From positions 1,770,001 through 1,802,000 of the forward strand of contig CP091279.1 in NCBI GenBank assembly GCA_021650915.1: a stretch of DNA of 32,000 nucleotides, written 5' to 3'. Position 1 is the first letter of the stretch, and the number at the start of each line of letters is the position of its first letter. The notes under the pieces are model-generated. The model worked only from the letters and a program-made list of their open reading frames with translations, was not told the DNA's origin and did not search any database. This DNA is from Candidatus Brocadia sp. (GTDB taxonomy: Bacteria; Planctomycetota; Brocadiia; Brocadiales; Brocadiaceae). Both the position numbers and the translations under genes were made by a program. Shown piece by piece: positions 25,054-32,000 of this stretch.

Positions 25054-26769
25054 TCATTGCATCGCCATTTTAAACCTCGCTGGCTCCTCGCCAAGATAAA
25101 TAAGTGATCGGAGGATGACCTCCCGGACAACAGGAGCAGCAACCGTACCGCCATAGTACGCACCCTTTTGAGGCTCGTTTATCATAACTAACACACAAAT
25201 GCGAGGTCGCTCGGCAGGTGCGTAGGCAATAAAAGAGCCCACGTGTTTATCATGAGCATAGCTTCCGTCACTCTGGACTTTCTGTGATGTCCCCGTTTTT
25301 CCCGCAACCTCATACTCCAGGAGGTTTGCGTTCTCCCCCGTTCCATCAGTAACGACCTTCATCAAAATAGGATTCATGATTGCGCGCGCAACATCTGAAC
25401 TCATTACCCGTTTCATATCGTGCACCGGCTGGAGTTCTCTTTTCCTTTTATCATCTGTGCTTATCGTTGCCATAGTAATTTTTGGCCTGACCCATTGTCC
25501 ACCATTTGGAATGCAACAAAACGCGTTGATAAACTGAAGCGGGGTAACCGCAATCTCATGTCCTATCGAAATGGATATGAGAGAATATTTCCTTGACCAT
25601 TGTTTCAGGGGACGAAAGACACCACCTATTTCACCGGGAAGTTCGATCCCTGTTTTCTCGCCAAAATTGAATTGTTTAAGATACCGGTACATCTTTTCAT
25701 TTCCCATACGCAATCCCACCTTAGCCATTCCTATATTACTTGAATAGGCAATGATATCAGAAATCGTAAGATTCCCGTATCCATGAGTATCGCGCAATCT
25801 TCTCCCCTCTATCACGGCAACGCCATTATCGCAAAAAACAACATCATCAGGTTTTGCGAGACCGTACTCAAAGATGCCTGAAAGCACGATCGGTTTCATC
25901 AATGAACCAGGCTCGTAGCTATCCGTAATAGCCAAATTTCTCCTTGCATAGGGAGGATACTTTTTGAAATGGTTTGGATCATAGGTGGGGTAATTAGCCA
26001 TTGCCAGCACTTCACCGTTCATGGGATTCATGACAACCGCCGTTGCGGACAATGGTTTCCATTTTTCACAAGCAGTTTCAAGCTCTTCTTCCGTAAGGCG
26101 CTGAATGTTAGCGTCTATTGTCAGAACAACCTTGTTCCCGTGTCGCGGCAACCGGATCTCTGCGTCTGGAGTAATAATTTGACGTTGCAGTGCATCCCGA
26201 TTAATCAGCTTATATCCTGGTTCCCCCGATAACACGTCATCGAATGCTAACTCAATGCCCTCGAGTCCTCTCTCGTCAATATTGGTAAATCCAAGAATGT
26301 GGCTTCCAAGACTCCCGTTAGGATAAAAACGATGATATTCGTGTTTTACATAGACCCCCTTTAAAGATAATCCTGCGACGGCATTAAGCTCTTCATCACT
26401 TATCTTCCGTTTAATCCAAACAAATCGTTTGTCCTTATGCAGAAGTTTTATCAATTTCACAGGGTTAAGCTTTAAAACCTTGCTTAGTCGAGATGCAGCA
26501 GTGGAAATATCTTCAATTTCAGAGGGATCTGCATACACGGACTCCACTTGCAAAGATTCTGCGAGGGCAAGTCCGTTTCGATCTAAAATCGGCCCTCTTC
26601 TTGCCGGCAATTCAACCTTTTTACATTGCTGCGCCCTTGCTAATCTACTGTATTTTTCGTGATCGGTCAGCTGAATACGTCCGAGATGAACAGCTAAAGC
26701 AAGAAAGGCTATAATAAGAAGAATGCCCGTAATATTCGTCCAAAATTTATGCTTTTTCAACGGCATCAC
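25054..26769 (-). CDS. ftsI: Peptidoglycan D,D-transpeptidase FtsI (class B PBP)
   Basis: 571 aa with an N-terminal TM and the motifs SxxK (GSLMKP), SxN (YSSNIG) and KTG (AGKTGTS). The start is GTG at 26769 or the adjacent ATG at 26766. GAGG lies upstream. Confidence 0.92.
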   Translation of the reverse strand: MMPLKKHKFWTNITGILLIIAFLALAVHLGRIQLTDHEKYSRLARAQQCKKVELPARRGPILDRNGLALAESLQVESVYADPSEIEDISTAASRLSKVLKLNPVKLIKLLHKDKRFVWIKRKISDEELNAVAGLSLKGVYVKHEYHRFYPNGSLGSHILGFTNIDERGLEGIELAFDDVLSGEPGYKLINRDALQRQIITPDAEIRLPRHGNKVVLTIDANIQRLTEEELETACEKWKPLSATAVVMNPMNGEVLAMANYPTYDPNHFKKYPPYARRNLAITDSYEPGSLMKPIVLSGIFEYGLAKPDDVVFCDNGVAVIEGRRLRDTHGYGNLTISDIIAYSSNIGMAKVGLRMGNEKMYRYLKQFNFGEKTGIELPGEIGGVFRPLKQWSRKYSLISISIGHEIAVTPLQFINAFCCIPNGGQWVRPKITMATISTDDKRKRELQPVHDMKRVMSSDVARAIMNPILMKVVTDGTGENANLLEYEVAGKTGTSQKVQSDGSYAHDKHVGSFIAYAPAERPRICVLVMINEPQKGAYYGGTVAAPVVREVILRSLIYLGEEPARFKMAMQ

Positions 26770-27233
26770 GTTGGCAACCTCACAAAGATAAGTAAAGAAT
26801 CCACCCGCGGAGCAGGTGGCTTTGGGTTAACCCCTAAAAGGGGATAAGTTTGCCATTTGTACTCATTACGCAAACTGTAAGTAATTCCCGTAGTGTGTAG
26901 AACTAACTGCGATTCGTTTTCATGCAACCAAAATGCTTCTTTGAGCTATGAGCGGTAAGCCTATTTGTATTTTCAATGTTTTATACTCAAAATTGAACAT
27001 CTCTTGGGGAAAATACCGGCATGGCGAAAACCAGTTCCGTCATACTTATCGAAGGGGATAACTGGCATAGCCGTTGTTCTCTGACCACGCCCACAGGACG
27101 TGGTTTTCTACATTATTAATAAAACCAAATCAAAACGATAATAAATTTACGAACGCTTTCGAGATAAAAAACAACTTTACCCCGAAAGCGTCCGGGAGGA
27201 GGGCTTAGCATAAACCACAAAACACCTGGAACT

Positions 27234-27602
27234 CTAATTATGCAATGAACAGCAATCTATTCTGGATATCTTTTGCGTGAATACATCTTTATGGACAACC
27301 GTTTTCGTTGCCTTCATTGCATCCTTTTTCAGTTTTATGTATCCGGCAATCATCCCTGATTCATTTTCCTGGGGAATAAGAGGCAGTTTTAAAGATTGTA
27401 CCTTATAGACAATAACCTCAGGCGATTTTAACCGGCCAACATGATAATTCAGTTTTCTGTTCTTTTCTGATGACTCATCACAATTTCTTTGTAATTTTGC
27501 CACCAAGTACCCGGTTTCGATAATTTTATTTCGTTCTGACACAACAAACATTGCCATTGCGATAGTAATAGTAAACATCAATACCATTCTTGATATGCCC
27601 AT
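27234..27602 (-). CDS. ftsL: Cell division protein FtsL-like (bitopic, coiled-coil)
   Basis: 122 aa with an N-terminal TM (MVLMFTITIAMAMFVV) followed by a coiled-coil. Its ATG is 1 nt after the rsmH stop, the canonical dcw position. Confidence 0.7.
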   Translation of the reverse strand: MGISRMVLMFTITIAMAMFVVSERNKIIETGYLVAKLQRNCDESSEKNRKLNYHVGRLKSPEVIVYKVQSLKLPLIPQENESGMIAGYIKLKKDAMKATKTVVHKDVFTQKISRIDCCSLHN

Positions 27603-27603
27603 A

Positions 27604-28503
27604 TTAAATCCTTTCTGCCGCCCTTAGTTTCGCACTCCTGGATCGAATATTTTTTTCCATCTCAGCCTCGCTGGGAATTACCGGCTTTCTCGTAAGTATC
27701 CTGAATAATCCATGGTTAGCACGTTCTACAAATTTTTTCTTTACCACACGATCCTCAAGGGAATGAAAACTGATAATGGCGATGCGAGCCCCTGTCGTCA
27801 TGTAATTGTGGATCGTATCTAAAAAAACTTCTAAACCCTCCAGTTCCTTATTTACCGCAATTCTCAGGGCCTGGAATACTCGTGTTGCAGGGTGGATTTT
27901 ACTCTTACCCCGCGGAACTACCCGTTCAACAACCGCAGCCAGTTGTCGTGTTGAAGTAATTCCTGCCTCTCTTTCCTCCCTTTGTACAGCTCTTGCAATT
28001 CTCCGTGACCATCGCTCTTCGCCATATCTTTTCAATACGTCTTCCAATTCCCGTTCAGATAACCTCCGGATTAAATCCCGTGCTGTCCTCCCCCCCGATC
28101 GGTCCATTCTCATATCAAGTGGCCCTTCCTTCGCGAAACTAAAACCACGTTCTGCCTGATCAAACTGCATAGAAGACGCCCCCAAATCAAGCAACACGCC
28201 ATCCACTTTAACAACCCCTGCCTGGCGTAACACTTCGTTGACTTCGGAATAATCAGCATGATAAAGCCTGAAAGTACCCACTGTTTTCGATAACGTTTGC
28301 TTTGCAATGCGCAATATTTCCATGTCTTTATCAACACCGATCAGCAATCCGTCAGGTTGAATTTTTTCCATGATTCTCATTGCATGTCCGCCGCTACCCA
28401 CCGTACCATCTAAAATAATATGCCCTGACTGCGGTTGTAAATAATCCACAACCTCTTCAGCTAGTACCGGTATATGAACACGATCGTCTGCCGTATATTC
28501 CAT
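27604..28503 (-). CDS. rsmH: 16S rRNA (cytosine1402-N4)-methyltransferase RsmH (MraW)
   Basis: 299 aa. HIPVLAEEVVDYL, DGTVGSGGHA, LLDLGASSMQFD and ISFHSLEDR. Confidence 0.93.
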   Translation of the reverse strand: MEYTADDRVHIPVLAEEVVDYLQPQSGHIILDGTVGSGGHAMRIMEKIQPDGLLIGVDKDMEILRIAKQTLSKTVGTFRLYHADYSEVNEVLRQAGVVKVDGVLLDLGASSMQFDQAERGFSFAKEGPLDMRMDRSGGRTARDLIRRLSERELEDVLKRYGEERWSRRIARAVQREEREAGITSTRQLAAVVERVVPRGKSKIHPATRVFQALRIAVNKELEGLEVFLDTIHNYMTTGARIAIISFHSLEDRVVKKKFVERANHGLFRILTRKPVIPSEAEMEKNIRSRSAKLRAAERI

Positions 28504-28559
28504 GGTATAGCTGTATTATGGAAAAGGTGCGAACATTTCTGATAGAAAACGTTATGCAT

Positions 28560-28997
28560 CTAAAATAAGCCTTCTGCAATTTCTTCATATGCCTTCCCGT
28601 ATTCTGAAGTAAAATCATTCCAACTTTTTTCATTCCATATTTCAATACGCCTATTGAGCCCGGCAATAACAACGTTCTTTTTAATCTTTGCATAGTCTTT
28701 TAAGATTTGAGGAATTAGTATACGACCTTGTGGGTCACATTCAGGGATTTTTTGCGCAGCGGAAAAAAAAAGGCGCTGGAATTGGCGCGCCTTCATATCA
28801 GCAAACGAGTGTTGTTCTATTTTTGAAACTACACTTTGCCACGAACTTGGTGTAAACATGAACAAGCATCCATCAAGCCCGCGGGTTATGAAGAATCCTT
28901 TTCCCTCTACATTCGTATCAATACTGTCACGAAGAGGTACAGGGATGGCAAGCCTGTTTTTGTCATCAATCGTGTGATGATATTCACCGGTGAACAT
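28560..28997 (-). CDS. mraZ: Transcriptional regulator MraZ
   Basis: MFTGEYHHTIDDKNRLAIPVPLR plus a second DxxxR repeat (CDPQGRILIPQIL). I prefer the ATG at 28997 (typical MF.G start) over the track's GTG at 29003. Confidence 0.92.
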   Translation of the reverse strand: MFTGEYHHTIDDKNRLAIPVPLRDSIDTNVEGKGFFITRGLDGCLFMFTPSSWQSVVSKIEQHSFADMKARQFQRLFFSAAQKIPECDPQGRILIPQILKDYAKIKKNVVIAGLNRRIEIWNEKSWNDFTSEYGKAYEEIAEGLF

Positions 28998-29000
28998 TTT

Positions 29001-29040
29001 CACTTTCCCCCACTTTTCACCACTTTACACCACTTCGGCT
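29001..29040 (-). promoter_or_regulatory. Putative MraZ operator: four direct AAGTG(G) repeats at exact 10-bp phasing
   Basis: The minus strand reads AGCCGAAGTG GTGTAAAGTG GTGAAAAGTG GGGGAAAGTG followed by AAAATG (the mraZ start). On the plus strand CACTT occurs at 29001, 29011, 29021 and 29031. Confidence 0.6.
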
Positions 29041-29043
29041 ATG

Positions 29044-29071
29044 ACAATAAACTTTTTTATTTATTTGTCAA
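29044..29071 (-). promoter_or_regulatory. Putative sigma70-type promoter of the mraZ/dcw operon
   Basis: The minus strand reads TTGACA (29071-29066), N16, TATTGT (29049-29044). The predicted TSS at about 29037 coincides with the first AAGTG box. This is a sequence match only. Confidence 0.4.
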
Positions 29072-29248
29072 GTACTATTTTTGTCCCTTTTCCGCCTGTG
29101 CCATCAGAAAATCTCTTTGACATACAAATGGTTGCTCTATCTTATTCAATGGATGCTATATATACTGCCGGCTTTAGCACGAAATTTATTTAAAAATATT
29201 TAAACATTTTCGCTGTCATTTTTTGAATTCATGATAAATTTATACATC

Positions 29249-29277
29249 TTGATTCTCTTTTTTTGAGATGCTATCAT
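29249..29277 (+). promoter_or_regulatory. Putative sigma70-type promoter for queA (weak support)
   Basis: TTGATT-N17-TATCAT ends 13 nt before the annotated queA ATG. That would imply a very short leader with no SD. Confidence 0.25.
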
Positions 29278-29290
29278 ATTTTTTAAGAAA

Positions 29291-30367
29291 ATGGATTTTA
29301 CCGCATTGAAACCTGATTCCATGTGTACTAAGCTATCCGATTACGAGTACGATCTTCCTAAAGAATTGATCGCACAGCAACCTTTAGAAAACCGTGAAGA
29401 TGCGAGATTGTTGATATTGTACCGGAACTCTGGAAAAATCGAACATCGTAGATTTTATGAAATCACTGAATATCTCTGCCCGGGAGATTTCCTCGTTCTG
29501 AACAACACGAAGGTAATACCGGCATTGCTATCGGGAAAAAGAGTCAGTGGCGCATCCCTTGAATTGTTACTTACCGAGGAAAGGAAAGAAAGCCAATGGA
29601 AGGCCTTAATCAGATCAAACGCTAAATTAAAGGCAGGGGAGGAAATTTATATTGCCGACAACATCCTTTCTGCAAAACTCCTCAAGAAAGGCGAAGACGG
29701 TTCATGGCTTATTCAATTTGATAATGGTTACCCTATCAAAGACCTGCTTCTTAGAACCGGGAAAATGCCCTTACCCCCGTATATAAAACGTACTGACAAT
29801 AACGGGACATGTTACTCTTCCGATAAGGAACGATACCAGACGGTATTTGCTCAAAAAGAAGGGGCGATTGCTGCACCCACAGCGGGCTTGCACTTCAGCC
29901 ACAGCACTCTTGAGAGGATAAAAAAATACGGAGCAGAGATCGGATTTGTTACATTGCATGTCGGTATGGGGACATTCCTACCCATTAAGACAGATGATAT
30001 CAGGAAACATCAGATGCATAAAGAATACTATGAATGCCCCAGAGAGATTATGGATAAAATAAAAGAAACGAAAGGACATCGGCATCGTGTAATCGCTGTC
30101 GGAAGTACCTCGTGCCGTGTTCTGGAGTCCGTTGCCATGCACAACGAAACTCCCCAAACCTCCGGCTGGACAAATCTCTTTATTTACCCACCGTATCATT
30201 TTCGGTATGTCGATGTTTTGCTTACCAATTTTCACCTTCCCAGAACCACTTTACTAGCGCTGGTTTGTGCCTTTGCGGGAAGGGAAAACATCTTAAACGC
30301 CTATGAAATAGCAAAAAACAAAGGTTACCGCTTTTTCAGCTACGGTGATTGCATGATGATCATGTAG
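29291..30367 (+). CDS. queA: S-adenosylmethionine:tRNA ribosyltransferase-isomerase
   Basis: 358 aa. LSDYEYDLPKELIAQQPLENREDARLLIL, PLPPYIKR, AAPTAGLHF and TNFHLPRTTLLALV. The start may be Met11 at 29321. Confidence 0.92.
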   Translation: MDFTALKPDSMCTKLSDYEYDLPKELIAQQPLENREDARLLILYRNSGKIEHRRFYEITEYLCPGDFLVLNNTKVIPALLSGKRVSGASLELLLTEERKESQWKALIRSNAKLKAGEEIYIADNILSAKLLKKGEDGSWLIQFDNGYPIKDLLLRTGKMPLPPYIKRTDNNGTCYSSDKERYQTVFAQKEGAIAAPTAGLHFSHSTLERIKKYGAEIGFVTLHVGMGTFLPIKTDDIRKHQMHKEYYECPREIMDKIKETKGHRHRVIAVGSTSCRVLESVAMHNETPQTSGWTNLFIYPPYHFRYVDVLLTNFHLPRTTLLALVCAFAGRENILNAYEIAKNKGYRFFSYGDCMMIM

Positions 30368-30457
30368 TATGAATTCACCGTCACCAAAATAGATTGACAC
30401 ATAGGTTATTGATAAAAAACCGACGTCGTTTCACCACATTTTACCTTTCATAGTTTT

Positions 30458-32000
30458 ATGGCAGAAAAAATTACAGCGGGAAAACCGACCGTTTCTTTGT
30501 CATCCAATGCCCGATTGGTGCTTGAAAAAAGATATTTAAAAAAGGATATTTCCGGACGAACCGTTGAATCACCAGAAGAGATGTTCCGCCGGATCGCAAA
30601 AAACATCGCATCCGTGGATTTACTTTACGACAAAGGGGCTGACATTGTATCGCGGGAAGAACAATTTTATACCCTTTTGGCGTCCCTCCGATTTCTGCCA
30701 AACTCCCCGACCCTGATGAATGCAGGAAGAGACCTGCAACAGCTATTTGGATGTTTCGTGCTCCCCATCGAAGATTCGGTAGAAAGCATCTTTGAGGCCG
30801 TCAAACAAGCGGCTTTAATCCACAAAAGCGGAGGTGGCACCGGCTTTTCGTTTTCGCGCATTCGACCAAAAAATGACACGGTAAGTACTTCTGGTGGTCG
30901 CGCCAGCGGTCCCATTTCCTTCATGAAGGTCTTCAATGAGGCAACTGAGGCTATTAACCAGGGAGGTTTCCGGCGCGGAGCAAACATGGCGGTATTGCGG
31001 ATTGATCACCCAGATATCCGCGATTTCATTACTGCAAAACGGGTCGAAGGGGTATTAACCAATTTTAATATCTCCGTCGGTATTACTGATGTATTTATGC
31101 AGGCCGTAGAAAAAAATGAAGCCTTTCCGTTGATCAATCCCAGAACAAAAGCAGTTGCAACGACTGTAAACGCAAGAAATCTTTTTGAACAAATTGTACA
31201 TTCTGCATGGGAAAATGGGGAACCAGGCATCCTGTTTCTGGATACCATTAATGCCGCCAATCCGACGCCGGCTCTTGGAGAAATCGAAGGAACAAATCCC
31301 TGCGGAGAACAACCGCTGTTGCCGTTTGAGGCATGTGTCCTGGGATCTGTTAATCTCTCCAGGATGACAAAACGAAAGGGAAAAACCTATGAAATTGATT
31401 GGGATCGCCTTGCAAATACTACCCGTCTTGCAGTGCATTTTCTCGATAATATCATAGACATAAATAAATATCCTTTACCCCAAATCGAGCATCTGACAAA
31501 GGGCAATCGGAAGATAGGTCTCGGAATCATGGGACTTGCTGATTTGTTTATCAAACTTGGTATTTCATACAATTCCGAGAAGGCTATTCAATGCACCGAT
31601 GAAGTCATGCGCTTTTTTTCTCAGAACGCAAATGACGCCTCTGTCAAACTTGCGGAAGAGCGTGGCACCTTTCCGAACTATCAAAAAAGCATTTATGCCG
31701 CGAGACATGCCCCTCATTTTAGAAATGCGACACGAACTACGATCGCACCAACCGGTACCATCAGTATCATCGCGCATTGCTCCAGCGGTATTGAACCTGT
31801 CTTTGCCGTTGCTTATACCAGGCACGTTCTGGTAGAAGGCGGATTGCCGGAAATACATCCTATTTTCAAACACCTTGCAAAGACAAGGGGGTTTTATTCA
31901 GAAAGGCTGATGGAGGAAGTCTCAAGGGAGGGATCTCTAACAAATATTCACGAGATACCAGAAGATGTAAAAAAAATATTTATCACTGCGCGGGAGGTTT
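30458..32000 (+). CDS. nrdJ: Class II (adenosylcobalamin-dependent) ribonucleotide reductase, 3' end runs off the window
   Basis: The frame is open from the ATG at 30458 to the window edge, so it is absent from the ORF track. Hand translation gives MAEKITAGKPTVSLSSNARLVLEKRYLKKD...FLPNSPTLMNAG...GGGTGFSFSRIRPKND...GPISFMKVFN...TNPCGEQPLLPFEACVLGSVNL...IGLGIMGLADL. Confidence 0.88.
   Translation, partial: MAEKITAGKPTVSLSSNARLVLEKRYLKKDISGRTVESPEEMFRRIAKNIASVDLLYDKGADIVSREEQFYTLLASLRFLPNSPTLMNAGRDLQQLFGCFVLPIEDSVESIFEAVKQAALIHKSGGGTGFSFSRIRPKNDTVSTSGGRASGPISFMKVFNEATEAINQGGFRRGANMAVLRIDHPDIRDFITAKRVEGVLTNFNISVGITDVFMQAVEKNEAFPLINPRTKAVATTVNARNLFEQIVHSAWENGEPGILFLDTINAANPTPALGEIEGTNPCGEQPLLPFEACVLGSVNLSRMTKRKGKTYEIDWDRLANTTRLAVHFLDNIIDINKYPLPQIEHLTKGNRKIGLGIMGLADLFIKLGISYNSEKAIQCTDEVMRFFSQNANDASVKLAEERGTFPNYQKSIYAARHAPHFRNATRTTIAPTGTISIIAHCSSGIEPVFAVAYTRHVLVEGGLPEIHPIFKHLAKTRGFYSERLMEEVSREGSLTNIHEIPEDVKKIFITAREV

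Noticed and set aside
26891-26901. 11-nt identity (TAGTGTGTAGA) between the dcw spacer and the MITE-like TIR at 2436-2446, plus a loosely similar TCTACATTATTAAT at 27107-27120
   Set aside because: The second match is in direct rather than inverted orientation and is degenerate. No TA-flanked 103-bp unit can be reconstructed. It may be a decayed remnant, but I cannot support that without a genome-wide alignment.
26770-27233. Two 31-codon minus-strand mini-ORFs in the ftsL-ftsI spacer (MLSPPPGRFRGKVVFYLESVRKFIIVLIWFY and MPVIPFDKYDGTGFRHAGIFPKRCSILSIKH)
   Set aside because: Neither has a Shine-Dalgarno sequence at a sensible distance and neither has a recognisable motif. Their length is what chance predicts in AT-rich sequence.
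30368-30457. NrdR boxes or a cobalamin riboswitch upstream of nrdJ
   Set aside because: The 90-nt spacer is too short for a cobalamin riboswitch. The candidate palindromes (ACACATAGGTTATTG, TCACCACATTTTACC) match the NrdR-box consensus poorly.

Overview
The window looks like a chromosomal segment from a fairly AT-rich bacterium. The taxon is inference only: a dcw cluster with no ftsA or ftsZ after ftsQ suggests a Planctomycetota or anammox-like genome. (1) 1-3.3 kb is a pile-up of mobile DNA. An edge-truncated DDE transposase (IS) is inserted into the reverse-transcriptase ORF of a compact group II intron. The intron 5' end abuts two tandem TA-flanked 103-bp MITE-like palindromic elements. 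These replace the 5' half of a type II antitoxin gene upstream of an aberrant ParE/RelE-like toxin. (2) 3.4-6.1 kb holds a GT39 (ArnT/PMT-like) membrane glycosyltransferase with a C-terminal PA14 domain. It converges on a GT2 polyprenyl-phosphate glycosyltransferase. (3) 5.4-29.0 kb is an unbroken minus-strand gene array. It starts with a T2SS-like operon: secretin, two minor pseudopilins, GspK, GspL-like, GspM/PilO-like, GspC/PilP-like, GspF, then the GT2 gene. That operon has no ATPase, major pseudopilin or prepilin peptidase. Next comes tRNA-Leu(GAG) with a strong promoter. Then comes a dcw cluster: mraZ-rsmH-ftsL-[464 bp non-coding]-ftsI-[92-aa ORF]-murE-murF-mraY-ftsW-murG-murC-ddl-ftsQ, lacking murD, murB, ftsA and ftsZ. 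(4) The right end carries queA, divergent from mraZ, and an edge-truncated class II (B12-dependent) ribonucleotide reductase. No CRISPR array, rRNA or recognisable defence system was seen. The most unusual items are the ATPase-less T2SS-like operon coupled to a lipid-carrier glycosylation pair, the nested IS/intron/MITE/TA structure, and three oddities inside the dcw cluster: the phased MraZ boxes, the long structured spacer and the extra small ORF.
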